A stretch of DNA of 64,000 nt. Source: an uncultured Gemmatimonadales bacterium (lineage in GTDB: Bacteria > Gemmatimonadota > Gemmatimonadetes > Longimicrobiales > RSA9). Below the pieces are notes generated by a model that was given only the letters and a program-made list of their open reading frames with translations, was not told the origin of the DNA and ran no database searches. Position numbers and translations under genes: made by a program. Below are positions 32,988 through 43,356 of this stretch, piece by piece (within the stretch, counting starts at the first letter, position 1; every line of letters starts with the position of its first letter). Location of the stretch: assembly GCA_963798085.1 (NCBI GenBank), contig CAWCRS010000002.1:224001-288000 (forward strand), written 5' to 3'.

Positions 32988-33719
32988 TCAGGGCGCGCCC
33001 AGGTAGCGGGCAGGCAGGGCGCGCTCCTCCACGCGACCGGCGCGCCGCGACACGTGATACGCCGTTGCGGCGGGCCGCGAGCTGACGACGCGGCGCAGGC
33101 GAGTGCCCACATAGTGCAGGGCCGCGCCATCGTCCACGCCGTACCCGGCACTCAGCCTGCCAGAACGAATCAGTCGCTGGTACGCCGGGCGACGGCCGAT
33201 CTCGCCATCATAGTGCGGGCAGTGACTGCCGCGCAGCCAGCCGAGCGCGCGGATCGGCTGGAGCCTTCGGGAAAGCGAATCGCTGAGGCCCTCCCGGAAC
33301 CAGCAGAGCGAGCCCGCGCTCAGACCGCACATCACGGCGCCTCGCCGCCATGCCCGCCGCAGCAGCCGGTCAATGCGCCAGGCGCGCCACAGCAGAACCA
33401 GGTTGTGCGTGCTGCCGCCGCCCACATAGAAGATGTCCTGGCGCGCGATGATCGACGCGAAGTCCGGCGGCGGCGTGACGAAGAGCGGCAGATGCGTGGG
33501 CGCGCAGGGCAACCGCGTGAAGGCGGAATAGAAGCGCTCGATATAGCTGGCGGCATCGCCGCTGGCGGTGGCCAGGAAGCAGATCGCCGGCCGCTTGCGA
33601 CGCGCACATTCGAGCACGTACTCGTCGAGCAGCGGGTTGTCCGGCTCCATGGAAAAGCCGCCACCTCCCATGGCTATGATCTGCCCCGCTCGCCCGCCCA
33701 GTCCTCGCGCTCCGGCCAT
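32988..33719 (-). CDS. Peptidase E (S51 family)
   Basis: IIAMGGGGFSME, TASGD, YVGGGST, GLSAGSLCWF, CPHYDGE, GVDDGAA. Confidence 0.88.
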   Translation of the reverse strand: MAGARGLGGRAGQIIAMGGGGFSMEPDNPLLDEYVLECARRKRPAICFLATASGDAASYIERFYSAFTRLPCAPTHLPLFVTPPPDFASIIARQDIFYVGGGSTHNLVLLWRAWRIDRLLRRAWRRGAVMCGLSAGSLCWFREGLSDSLSRRLQPIRALGWLRGSHCPHYDGEIGRRPAYQRLIRSGRLSAGYGVDDGAALHYVGTRLRRVVSSRPAATAYHVSRRAGRVEERALPARYLGAP

Positions 33720-33923
33720 GACCCGCTCGCCTCCCGGTTGTCTTCGACGCAAGCGTCCAGAAGCTAATCGGTGCCTCGCGTGCGCGCGCGGGCACACGCC
33801 GCACGCAGGCAGGCGGCGTGTGCTGTTGGCCGCACGAGTTGACTGCCCGGCGCATTGGTGATCGATTGGCCGTGAATCCCGAGACCCATCGTCGCCTGCA
33901 GTATTTCGTACGGGAGGCCCGGC

Positions 33924-34442
33924 ATGAGCGCAGTTTCGACGCGGCGGGTGCACGCAGCCCGCAACGGCACCGGCCTGCTGGTCGTGCTGATGGCCATCGC
34001 CAGCGGCTGCCAGCGCCCCGCCCCGGCTGGCTACCAGCCGCGTGTGCGCGACATCACCGTCACCACCGTGCCTCTGCTGGTGAGGGAGGCGCGCGACCTC
34101 TATCCGTTTCTGAAGGATGCATTCGCGCCCGGTGGCGTGCTCGACGGCAAGGAAGTCTATGCCTTCTCGCCCAGCACGCTCACGGTAGTGGAGGGCGATA
34201 CCATCCATTTCCGGCTGATCAATCCGGAAGACGACGACCACTCCTTCGTGGTGCAGGACCTGGCCGTGCCCCTGCCGCCGCAGAAGATCACGGAGGCCAC
34301 GTGGGTGGCGAAGCGCGCCGGCATCTTTCCCATCCTGTGTTCCGTGCCCAGCCATCTGCCCATGATGTCGGGCCAGCTCGTGGTGCTTCCGGCGTCGGCC
34401 ATGGCGGGTGCAGAGACAGCGGGCAGTCAGGCAGCTCGCTGA
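33924..34442 (+). CDS. Cupredoxin-domain lipoprotein
   Basis: Lipobox IASGC, FSPSTLTVVEGD, HSF, CSVPSHLPMM (type-1 Cu ligands). Confidence 0.8.
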   Translation: MSAVSTRRVHAARNGTGLLVVLMAIASGCQRPAPAGYQPRVRDITVTTVPLLVREARDLYPFLKDAFAPGGVLDGKEVYAFSPSTLTVVEGDTIHFRLINPEDDDHSFVVQDLAVPLPPQKITEATWVAKRAGIFPILCSVPSHLPMMSGQLVVLPASAMAGAETAGSQAAR

Positions 34443-34472
34443 CGCGCTGTTAGAGACGCGGCACGGTCCGGC

Positions 34473-35477
34473 TCAGGCCGTCGGGCGGCGCTCGCTGTCC
34501 AGCATGGCCATCGCCTGCGCCGGATAGCGTTCACCGACAGCGGCGCCGGGCGGCACGGCCTGCTCGATGCGCGCGAAATCGGCGGCGCCGAGGGACAGGG
34601 TTTCCGCGGCCAGCGCTTCCTCGAGCCGGTCGCGACGGCGGGCACCCACCAGGGGCACGATGTCGTCGCCGCGCGCCAGCACCCAGGCGATGGCTACCTG
34701 CGCCACGGTGGCGTCCAGCGACTGCGCCACACTGCGCAGCGCTTCCACCAGCTCGAGATTGCGTCCCACATTCTCCGTCGCGAAGCGCGGACTGAAGGCG
34801 CGCACGTCGCCGGGGACCACGGCACGCTCACGCGACCAGTGTCCGCTCAGCAATCCGCGCGACAGCACGCCGTACGCGGTGATGCCCACGCCCAGCTCAC
34901 GGCAGGCGGGCAGAATCTCCCGCTCGATGCCGCGCGACAGCAGCGAGTATTCGATCTGCAGGTCGGCCACAGGGTGGACGGCGTGCGCGCGCCGCAGCGT
35001 GTCCGCGCCGGCCTCGGAGAGACCGACATGGCGCACCCAGCCGGCCGCGATCAGATCGGCAATGGCGCCCACGGTTTCCTCGATGGGCACGGCGGGGTCG
35101 ACGCGACCCGGCCGGTACACGTCGACGTAGCTGGTGCCCAGGCGGCGCAGTGTGTAGGCGAGGGACGTGCGGACCGCGGCCGGGCGGGCATCGAAGCCCA
35201 GCCAGCGCCCGGCGGGGTCGCGCTGGGCGCCGAATTTCACGCTGATAACAGCCTGTTCGCGGGACCTTCCGCGCAACGCCTCGCGGATGAGCAGCTCGTT
35301 GTGACCCATGCCGTAGTAGTCGCCCGTGTCCAGCAGCGTCACGCCCCGGTCCAGCGCTGCATGGATGGTGGCAATGCTCTCGGACTCATCGGCCGGACCG
35401 TAGAGGTCGGACATGCCCATGCAGCCGAGTCCGACGGCGGAAACGCGCAGCGCCTGGCCCAGGGTTCTGGTCTTCAT
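34473..35477 (-). CDS. Aldo/keto reductase
   Basis: GLGCMGMS, DTGDYYG, SVKFG, GLSEAG, QIEYSL, YGVLSRG. Confidence 0.93.
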   Translation of the reverse strand: MKTRTLGQALRVSAVGLGCMGMSDLYGPADESESIATIHAALDRGVTLLDTGDYYGMGHNELLIREALRGRSREQAVISVKFGAQRDPAGRWLGFDARPAAVRTSLAYTLRRLGTSYVDVYRPGRVDPAVPIEETVGAIADLIAAGWVRHVGLSEAGADTLRRAHAVHPVADLQIEYSLLSRGIEREILPACRELGVGITAYGVLSRGLLSGHWSRERAVVPGDVRAFSPRFATENVGRNLELVEALRSVAQSLDATVAQVAIAWVLARGDDIVPLVGARRRDRLEEALAAETLSLGAADFARIEQAVPPGAAVGERYPAQAMAMLDSERRPTA

Positions 35478-35565
35478 GCTTTTCACCGCGCAGGAGAGGG
35501 TGGCGGCCGGAGGCCGCGCCAACAGCGTGTCAGTTCGCGCCTCGCGGCGTGCCAGCGGCTGCGCA

Positions 35566-36219
35566 TCAGGTGGCGCCGGGGTTCGCGCGCAGGGTACGCG
35601 CCACGCGCACCCAGGCGACGAGCACGAGCAGCGCGGCACACGCGCCCAGTACCAGGAACACGCGCATCAGCGCGGCCGGTACCAGGCCACGCGTCCAGCC
35701 CAGCACACCCAGGCCGGAGACGGTGCCGAGCGCGTAGCCCGTACGCTCCAGCAGACTCAGCGGAGCGCGGGCACCCGCGCGACTGCGCTGCGGCCACAGC
35801 ACCAGCTTCAGCCGGTCGTAGTCCCAGCACAGCAGGAACACAGACCCGAGCAGCATGCCTCCCGTTATGAAGGGCGTGCCCACGAAATGCAGCGACACGG
35901 TGATGATGAAAATGTTGAGCACGATCGGGAAGCAGAGCACGGCGCCCAGTGTGGCGGTGCGCGGGATCAGCAGCAGCATGGCGGTGACGAACTGCGCCAG
36001 CCCGATGAAGTGCCAGTACGCACCCGTGCGATAGAGTGCCTCGAAGAACAGCCCGACGGGGTTGTCCATGCCCATCGAGGTGAAGCGCTCGCCCAGCAGC
36101 TTGACCAGGCCCGTCGGCAGGAAGGCCAGCGCCAGCATGATGCGCGTAAGGATGGCCAGGCGCTGGAGCGCGGACTGGGCGCGGGCCCGTGTGTGCAGCC
36201 GATCGAGAAAGTCTTCCAT
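35566..36219 (-). CDS. DoxX-like membrane protein
   Basis: [22 protein letters not shown]...[12 protein letters not shown]; several TM helices. Confidence 0.8.
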   Translation of the reverse strand: MEDFLDRLHTRARAQSALQRLAILTRIMLALAFLPTGLVKLLGERFTSMGMDNPVGLFFEALYRTGAYWHFIGLAQFVTAMLLLIPRTATLGAVLCFPIVLNIFIITVSLHFVGTPFITGGMLLGSVFLLCWDYDRLKLVLWPQRSRAGARAPLSLLERTGYALGTVSGLGVLGWTRGLVPAALMRVFLVLGACAALLVLVAWVRVARTLRANPGAT

Positions 36220-36616
36220 TTGGATCACCGTGGATGAAGTAGCGCGACCGTTGCCCATGCAGCGCGCACGCGTCCCGAATTTACCAGCAATCCGCGAAAC
36301 AAGGCAATGGCGGGATGCGTACGTTCTGCGGTCACACAGCCGGGCCGCTGCGCGAGCGCCCCGGCCATGTGCGCGTGCGCTAATGTCAGGTTAGACGAAA
36401 CGGGCCATGCCCGCGCGGGCCTCAGTGCGGGATCCTGGCGCAGATACAAATCCGGGCCCGGTTCCGCGGGCTGCACCCAGCGCTCGATGCGGTCGCGCGT
36501 CTCCGCGTACAGGCGCTCCGCCACGGCGTCCAGCACGAAGCCGGCGACGGTGGCAAAATTCGGCTCGTCCAGCGCCGTCAGGAGGCGATGGGCCGCGGCT
36601 TCCTTCTAACAGTGCA

Positions 36617-37069
36617 TTATGGCTCATCGGCGGCGTGCTCCGCCTCTGGTTCGGCAAAGTCAGCGGGCTCGGCCGGCCGGAAGCTCAGGTCGAGGGCGAG
36701 CCAGAGCGCCTTGCTGAGCGGGTAGGTGAGGACCGGGAACAGCAGCAGGAACGCGACGATACCCGCCTCCAGCCAACCCCAGCGCACCTGGGGCCAGGCG
36801 ATCCAGACCCCCAGACCAATCGCCAGCGCCAGCGTGACCAGCGCCAGGATCAGATTGAGCGTGTACGCGCCAATGAAGTAATCGCTCTGGCCGCGATCGA
36901 AGTGCAGCCCGCACACGGCGCACGCGGTCCGTTGCTGCAGCCACGTGGCGAACATGCGGCCCTGGCCGCAAGAAGGGCAGCGCAAACGCAGCGCCCGCGC
37001 GGTGCGGCGCAGGAGAGTGGCGTCGCGCGACGCCGCCGCGGCTGCGGAGTCGAATACAGGCTCGGCCAT
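36617..37069 (-). CDS. DUF983 domain protein (Zn ribbon plus 2 TM)
   Basis: RCPSCGQGRMF...CAVCGL..., PLSKALWLALD. Confidence 0.82.
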   Translation of the reverse strand: MAEPVFDSAAAAASRDATLLRRTARALRLRCPSCGQGRMFATWLQQRTACAVCGLHFDRGQSDYFIGAYTLNLILALVTLALAIGLGVWIAWPQVRWGWLEAGIVAFLLLFPVLTYPLSKALWLALDLSFRPAEPADFAEPEAEHAADEP

Positions 37070-37100
37070 GCACCAAGATGGCACGACGCGCGGCTGTACG

Positions 37101-37889
37101 TCAGCCCGCGGCCAGCTTCTGCCGGATCCAGTCGGCGTAAGAGGAGACGCGCGTGTAGTACTCGACGACGCCGTAGCGCCCGCGGCCGCGGCCCATTCCG
37201 TCCTGCGCGACGGACACGCCCAGCACCCAGAGCCGGCCCTCCACTTCGAGCAGCGCCGGGCCGCCGCTGTCACCGGGCCCGCTGATGCCCTCGAGGTCGG
37301 TGGTACCGGGCGACGACGGGTCGTCGAAGGTCCAGCGCAATACATCAGCGCCGGCGTCCTCGACGCGATTGGTGGCGCCGCGCAGCCGGCCATCGGCGCG
37401 TGCCGGTCCGGTCAGGCCGGTGCCGGTGTCGCCACTGCCCACCACAGTCACCACCCGACCCACCTCGTCACGCGCGGTCCAGGGTGAGGCGACGCGCGGC
37501 GAGGGCACGTCCGTGGCCAGTCTTACTAACGCGATGTCAGAGGGGCCGCCGTCGGTCCAGCTCTCGTGGATGGCGATGGCCTGTATCGCGTAGTCCCTGC
37601 CTGCGACCGTGACTCGCAGCGTATCGCCCCGGGCCGCGCGCTGCCGCAGGTCGGCGGCGACGTGGGCAGCGGTGAGCACCCAGTGCGGCGCGATCAGCAC
37701 ACCCAGCCCGTTGCCCCCTCGCCGGGCGGGATCGGCGCGCCGCGGCAGGTTCAGCTCGACGAGCACATTGCGGTAGCGTTCGCCCAGCGCGAGGTAGCGG
37801 GCATCAGGACGGTCATGGCGGATGACGATGGGCACGCTCAACCCGGTGGCCAGCCAGAGGGCGAGCAGCGTTTGGAACCGCGTCGACAT
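37101..37889 (-). CDS. Trypsin-like serine protease (S1)
   Basis: Signal peptide, LTAAH, DIAL, GDSGGP, YTRVSSY. Confidence 0.92.
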   Translation of the reverse strand: MSTRFQTLLALWLATGLSVPIVIRHDRPDARYLALGERYRNVLVELNLPRRADPARRGGNGLGVLIAPHWVLTAAHVAADLRQRAARGDTLRVTVAGRDYAIQAIAIHESWTDGGPSDIALVRLATDVPSPRVASPWTARDEVGRVVTVVGSGDTGTGLTGPARADGRLRGATNRVEDAGADVLRWTFDDPSSPGTTDLEGISGPGDSGGPALLEVEGRLWVLGVSVAQDGMGRGRGRYGVVEYYTRVSSYADWIRQKLAAG

Positions 37890-37989
37890 GTAGTGCCTCG
37901 TGAGGAAAGGCGCGCACGGTGAAAGCATACACCGGCGCCGCCATGCGTGTTTGCCTTGTGCGTCGCCCGGCCGTGGTGCGGCGGGCTGA

Positions 37990-38082
37990 ATCGCCCGGTG
38001 GCATTGGCGATGTCGAAGCCGTGGCGGCACCGTCAGCGAGGGCGAGCAGCACCTGCGCGGTGCTCCAGGTCATGCGTGGCAT
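37990..38082 (-). pseudogene. PadR family regulator remnant
   Basis: MPRMTWSTAQVLLALADG | RHGFDIANATG, then homology ends; palindrome CTACGTAG upstream (38109-38116). Confidence 0.55.
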
Positions 38083-38174
38083 GGCTCGATCTCCATCCAG
38101 GTCTTTCTCTACGTAGCGGGATCTGACAGGGCGAGCCCGGCCGATGGTTGGAAGGCAGGGGCAGGCGCCGGCGC

Positions 38175-38657
38175 TCAGGGCTGGCGCACGGGCGCGAGGC
38201 CGCGCGGGCCCAGCTGGTAGCGCGTGTAGACGGGCTGGGAGGCGGCGCCCTGATAACCGTTTGTCAGCTTGCCCAGCTCGATCTGCCGGCCGCTGATGCG
38301 CGGGCGGCCGTCCGAGTGGTAGAGCCGGCTGGCCAGGCCATCCGGCAGTACATTGAGGATCTGCAGTGCGTAGTAGGGACCGCTGCCGGGATTGCGCGAG
38401 ATCACGACGTACTCGAGATCGGCATCGTCATCGAGCTGGCGATAGCCGGCTTCGAAGAAGGTGGAGTCACGCAGGCTGCCCCAGATGGCGACGCGCACGA
38501 CCTGTCCGGCGTCCTCCGTGCCCACGTGTGCCACCAGCCAGCCGCCGTCCACTTCGACGCGCAGTTTGCCGGGTGGCGAGGCCTGACGGCCCATTACGGC
38601 CGCCGGCAGCAGCATGATCGCGGCCAGGCCCGGCAGCAGTCGGATGTGCAGTCGCAT
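38175..38657 (-). CDS. Secreted hypothetical protein
   Basis: Signal peptide, QLDDDADLEYVV motif, good codon usage. Confidence 0.6.
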   Translation of the reverse strand: MRLHIRLLPGLAAIMLLPAAVMGRQASPPGKLRVEVDGGWLVAHVGTEDAGQVVRVAIWGSLRDSTFFEAGYRQLDDDADLEYVVISRNPGSGPYYALQILNVLPDGLASRLYHSDGRPRISGRQIELGKLTNGYQGAASQPVYTRYQLGPRGLAPVRQP

Positions 38658-38708
38658 GTCCGCAGTCCTCGCGTTGGTGTGTGGCAGTGCTCGCCGGCGC
38701 ATGTGCAT

Positions 38709-39804
38709 TCAACGCGCGAGCAGCAGACGATCTGCCTGGTCCATGCGCCGGCCCACGCGGAAACCGGTGGCGTTCGCCATCATGACCGTGCCCAGCCCGC
38801 GTGTCGGGTAGAGCCGCATCATGGAGTGGAATCCGCCACCGCCGCCCTCCTTGAAGCAGAACGGTACGCCATCCAGGGCGCGGGTGTGCCAGCCCAGCGT
38901 CATGGGAATGGGCCTCCCATTCGCAGTGGACTGGGGCTGGAACAGCAGGGCGCGTGCGGCGCTGTCGAGCAGCACCGACTCGGGACGCAGCAGGTCGCTC
39001 AGGAATGCGCCGAACCCGCGACTGGTGCCTACAATGCCGCCGAACGCGGGGCCGTTGGTGTAGTGGCTGCGTATGACGACCCAGCGACCCACGCGCTCGC
39101 CGATGAGGGCGCCGTCGATGAGCAGTCGTCTGGCGGCGTTGAGGAAGGAGAACTCCTCGAGGTGGCCGCCCGCCTGGCGTTCCGGGTCCGCGATGCGGTA
39201 TGCGAGCGCGTCCGGACCAGCGCCCAGCCGCTCGAACACATTGTTAGTGACGTGCGTCGTGAAGGGCGCGCCTGCCACCTGTTCGATCACCCTGCCCAGC
39301 AGCCAGTAGCCAATGTTGGAGTAGCGGTAGCTCCGGCCCGGCGGCGCTGCCAGGCGGGGGTGGGCGCGCAGCACTTCGGCGAGAGCGGCAGCCTCATCGA
39401 AGCCGTCGTGGGCCGCCGCCGGATGCACCCAGCGGAGCGGCAGCGGATTGGGAATGCCGGATGTGTGGCAGAGCAGCTGGCGGATGGTGACACCGAAGCC
39501 ATAGGGATTCGACGGCACGTGACGTACGAGCGCGTCGTCGAGGCCGAGTGCGCCCAGCGCCACGAGCTGCAGTGTCGCCACCGCCGGTGATGGTCTTGCT
39601 CATCGAGTAGGCCATCAGCGTGGTGGACGCGCTCATGGCGAGGACGGGATCGAGCCGCGCGTGCCCGTGCGCGCACTCCAGCACGACACCGTTCGCGTCC
39701 ACGACGAGGTACTGCAGACCGGGCGTTTCGCCACGCGCGACCATCCCGCTCAGCAACGATCGCACATTGTCCTGCGCGCTCGCGCGCAACATTCCGGCAT
39801 GCAT
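38709..39804 (-). CDS. Serine hydrolase (beta-lactamase class C-like), frameshift near 39583
   Basis: SMSK (SxxK) | ATLQLV, LLCHTSGI, YSNIGY, KEGGGGGF. Confidence 0.85.
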
Positions 39805-39818
39805 CGCGGGCGGAAGTC

Positions 39819-40967
39819 TCAGTCGTCCGCGCGCAGGGAGAAGATGGCAATGCGCGGGTCGTGCTCGCGCAGGAAGCTGAGCATGTTGGGCCTGCGATTC
39901 TGATCGAAATGCGACGACCCGCCATAGATCACGCCACGACCCCGCGGCGGCATGTTGCGGGCCCACACGTAGTCACGGGTTGTCGCACCGAGGGGGAACT
40001 CGCCGAACCGGAAGAGGATGAAGCGCGACTCCGTGTCCAGCGCATACACGCCCTTGCCCAGCGACCTCGCCTGCTCGATCAGCTTGAAGTAGGGGTTGTC
40101 GGCGGGGTCTGCCGTGACTTCGTCGCCACGCGTGTTCCAGTTGGTCTGATAGAAATGCAGCAGTGTGCCGCGACTGCGCGTGTACGCGTCACTGCCCGGA
40201 TGCGCGCGCAGGTACGCGTTGAGGGCGGGCTGCAGGTCCTCGGGCAGCATCTCGATGGCGATCCAGTCGATGACAGGCGAGGCGAGGAGGCGGCGAGCGA
40301 GCTCGCCGGGACCGGTGCCGCCGTGCGTCTCGCCAATGAGCACAACGGCGTGTGGCGAGGCGGCGAGGCCGAGCGTGTCGTTGCGGAACGCGACGACATC
40401 GCTGGCCTGAGGATGGTGCATGCGCCCGTCGACGATGCGCTCGATGTCGAAGTACGGGTTGGGCACGAGGTAGCGCGCCAGACCGGCGCGCTCCAGCAGC
40501 GCACGGAATGCGACGGGCTGTGCCGGATAGGCCGCGGGATCCTGCAGCTCGATGCGCGCGTACGCTCCCGGTACGGGATTGCCGTTGAGCATGAGCTTCG
40601 TGCCGTCGTGGAACGTCACGCGCGTGCCATCGCGCAGCGCGAGCGTAACCGCGAACGTCTCCATGTGCTCGAGCGTGGCGTACTTCGGCACCATGTCCGC
40701 GACCACGTTCTTCAACGATCCGCGCTGCAGTGCCTGCACGCCGAAGAAATCCGTGAGCCAGGGGCTGGGTTGTGCGACGCGGTCGAACAACGCCTGTGTG
40801 CCCACCGCCTGCGCGATGGCGCGGGCTTCGTCCAGCGTGAACGTCTCGACCGGCGTATCGAGCGCCACCACCAGCGCCGGCGACCGAGCGGCCCGGCGCC
40901 CGCCGCATGCCGCTGCGAGCAGGCATGCGACCAGCGCGGCGCCGCGGGCCCGCTGCCGTGACTGCAT
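39819..40967 (-). CDS. Lipoprotein with C-terminal ChaN/EreA-like domain
   Basis: Lipobox LLAAAC; VVLIGETH, IAIEM, VYALD, YGGSSH; GGAGGAG RBS. Confidence 0.65.
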   Translation of the reverse strand: MQSRQRARGAALVACLLAAACGGRRAARSPALVVALDTPVETFTLDEARAIAQAVGTQALFDRVAQPSPWLTDFFGVQALQRGSLKNVVADMVPKYATLEHMETFAVTLALRDGTRVTFHDGTKLMLNGNPVPGAYARIELQDPAAYPAQPVAFRALLERAGLARYLVPNPYFDIERIVDGRMHHPQASDVVAFRNDTLGLAASPHAVVLIGETHGGTGPGELARRLLASPVIDWIAIEMLPEDLQPALNAYLRAHPGSDAYTRSRGTLLHFYQTNWNTRGDEVTADPADNPYFKLIEQARSLGKGVYALDTESRFILFRFGEFPLGATTRDYVWARNMPPRGRGVIYGGSSHFDQNRRPNMLSFLREHDPRIAIFSLRADD

Positions 40968-41105
40968 CTCTCCTCCTCCTTCGTCCGCACCGTTGCGCGG
41001 GACGAAATAGCGGCGCCGACGGGATGCGGCAATCGGCCTCGTCTTGCCCGGCGGCACGGTCTCCCCGATCATGGCGAGAACGACGCACCTCATGCCAGGA
41101 AGCGA

Positions 41106-42371
41106 ATGCTCAATCTCTTCGACATTGTTGCGCTGATCATCACGGTAACCGCAGTGCTGAGCTACCTGAATCGCCGGGTGCTCAGGCTGCCCACCACGAT
41201 CGGCGTGATGGTGGGCGGGCTGGTGCTGTCCCTCGTGCTGCTCGGGCTGGGCGCACTGCACGTGATCCGCCCGGCGCGCGTGGAAGCGCTGGTCAGCTCG
41301 TTCCGCTTCGATACACTGCTCATGAACGGCATGCTCAGCTTCCTGCTCTTCGCGGGCTCGCTGAACGTGGACCTCGAGCAGCTGCGGCGGCACCAGGGGA
41401 CGGTAGCCATCCTGGCTACGGCGGGCACGCTGATCTCGACCGCCATCATCGGCTTGGCTACGTGGCAGGTTTTCGGCCTGCTGGGCATGCAGGTGTCGTT
41501 CGCGGCTGCGCTCGTGTTCGGCGCGCTCATCTCGCCCACCGATCCGGTCGCGGTGCTCTCGATCCTGGGCGAAACCAACGCGCCCGCCGACCTGAAGATG
41601 CTGGTCGTGGGCGAGTCGCTGTTCAACGACGGCATTGGCGTGGTGCTCTACACCATCGCGCTGGGGGTTCTGGCCACCAGCGGCGCGCCCAGCGCTTCCC
41701 ACGTCGGGCTGCTGTTCCTGGAAGCGGCGGGCGGCGGTGTGCTGTGGGGGCTCGTGCTCGGCTTCGTGACGGTGCAGATGCTGCGCCGGGTCGATGACTA
41801 CACGGTCGAGATCCTGCTGACACTGGCGGTGGTAACCGGCGGTTATGCGATGGCGGAGCGGCTCCACGTTTCCGGCCCGCTGACCATGGTGGTGGCGGGC
41901 ATCATTGTGGGCAATCCGGGGCGGCGGCTGGGCATGAGCCAGCGCACGCAGGCGCACCTCGACACCTTCTGGCTGGTGATCGACGAGATCCTGAATGCCG
42001 TGCTCTTCGTGCTGATCGGTTTTGAAACCCTGGTCCTCACGATCGAGCCCGGCTACTTCATGGCGGCGGCGATAGCCATTGTCGTATCGCTGGCTGCGCG
42101 GTGGATATCGGTGGTGCTGCCGGCAGCGGCCATGCGGCCGTGGACGCGCATGGACCGGGCGACGGTGCGTATCATGACCTGGGGCGGGTTACGCGGCGGC
42201 ATCGCGGTCGCGCTCGCGCTCGGCCTGCCCGCTCGCGACGAGCGCGATCTGCTGATCTTCATGACCTACGCCGTGGTCGTGTTCTCCATCCTGGTACAGG
42301 GCCTCACCGTCCGGCCTCTGCTGCTCCGGCTCTATCCCTCTCACCGCGGAGAAAGTGAGGGCGCAGAGTAG
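41106..42371 (+). CDS. Na+/H+ antiporter (CPA1/NhaP family)
   Basis: FGALISPTDPVAV, GESLFNDG, WGGLRGGIAVALAL; about 12 TM helices. Confidence 0.93.
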   Translation: MLNLFDIVALIITVTAVLSYLNRRVLRLPTTIGVMVGGLVLSLVLLGLGALHVIRPARVEALVSSFRFDTLLMNGMLSFLLFAGSLNVDLEQLRRHQGTVAILATAGTLISTAIIGLATWQVFGLLGMQVSFAAALVFGALISPTDPVAVLSILGETNAPADLKMLVVGESLFNDGIGVVLYTIALGVLATSGAPSASHVGLLFLEAAGGGVLWGLVLGFVTVQMLRRVDDYTVEILLTLAVVTGGYAMAERLHVSGPLTMVVAGIIVGNPGRRLGMSQRTQAHLDTFWLVIDEILNAVLFVLIGFETLVLTIEPGYFMAAAIAIVVSLAARWISVVLPAAAMRPWTRMDRATVRIMTWGGLRGGIAVALALGLPARDERDLLIFMTYAVVVFSILVQGLTVRPLLLRLYPSHRGESEGAE

Positions 42372-42540
42372 GGGCGCGCGGTGCTTCTGTTCCTCTGAGT
42401 CCAACCCGCCGTTCTGCAAGAATCTGTTAGGATCGTTCCCGGGTCCAATGTACCAGAGCCGTCACTGCCGGCAGTGGCTCCCTGATTCGCCCCACCATCT
42501 CACGCCGTGCTCTGCGACCTCAGTGCTCCTCGCCGTGAGA
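42339..42540. repeat. REP/MITE-like element with imperfect 30-bp terminal inverted repeats
   Basis: tctcaccgcggagaaagtgagggcgcagag (42339-42368) vs reverse complement of 42510-42540, tctcacggcgaggagcactgaggtcgcagag; related to 191-221. Confidence 0.65.
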
Positions 42541-43248
42541 GGCCGGCCGGAGGCGCTCCCAGCGTCGCGGGATGGCGGGAGGGACGGCGATCCAGCGGCC
42601 GTGGTGGCGGCGCTCGCAGGCGCGGAAGGCGCAGGGTCGGCCCATGGCGTGGACGTGAAAGCGGTCCATGAGGTGGAAGTGCAGGTGGGGCATGGCGGAG
42701 TTGCCGGAGTTGCCGACAGTGCCGAGCATGGCACCGGCGGCCACGTCATCGCCTTCGCGCACGATGATGCTGTTCTGGCGCAGGTGTGCGTAGAGGCAGA
42801 CGCCGCTCTGGCCCTCGGTCACGACGTAGTTGCCGCACAGCGGTCGCCAGTCATCGGCGGTCATGCGGATGGGCCGGAACTTCAGGCCGAAGCGCACTCT
42901 CGCCATCTGCCAGAGCGCGTTGACCCAGCGGCGGTCAGGCCAGCCGTCGAAGGCCTTGAGCACGCGGCCGGCTTCGGCGGCGAAGACCGGTGCGTTCCAG
43001 CAGCGGAATGATGTGACCGGCGCCACCAGCCACGCGTGCTGCCATGCATTGGGCCCGAAGGGCGTGAGCCAGCGAATGCCGGGCTGCACGAAGTCGAACG
43101 CGAAGCGCTGGCCCAGGAAGTCGGTGCCATGGCTGGGCACGCGCGTCGCGGGCGTGCGCATCGCGGTCCAGGTTCCGCGCAGCGGGAAGTCGAGGATGGC
43201 GACGTCGCTGTTATCAGGCATGATGTCGTCTGTCCGGTTCGATGCCAT
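42520..43248 (-). CDS. M23 family metallopeptidase
   Basis: SHGTD...FAFDF, GNYVV, LYAHL, GNSGNS..PHLHFH. Confidence 0.85.
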   Translation of the reverse strand: MASNRTDDIMPDNSDVAILDFPLRGTWTAMRTPATRVPSHGTDFLGQRFAFDFVQPGIRWLTPFGPNAWQHAWLVAPVTSFRCWNAPVFAAEAGRVLKAFDGWPDRRWVNALWQMARVRFGLKFRPIRMTADDWRPLCGNYVVTEGQSGVCLYAHLRQNSIIVREGDDVAAGAMLGTVGNSGNSAMPHLHFHLMDRFHVHAMGRPCAFRACERRHHGRWIAVPPAIPRRWERLRPASHGEEH

Positions 43249-43356
43249 GCTCGCGAACCGGGCTTCGCCGTGCAACCGCACTGCCACGGATGGGTGCTGC
43301 GGGGCGATGGACCGTGAGGCGGGCGTTGCGACCCGCCGCGGCGGGCCGACGCGCCA

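Noticed and set aside
36390..36610. Coding-like fragment (...LDEPNFATVAGFVLDAVAERLYAETRDRIERWV...)
   Set aside because: No convincing start or family. Possibly a gene remnant, but unsupported.
39819..41957. 712-aa minus-strand ORF taken as one protein
   Set aside because: The first 330 aa are mostly the shadow of the antiporter. The real start is at 40967, with a strong RBS and lipobox.
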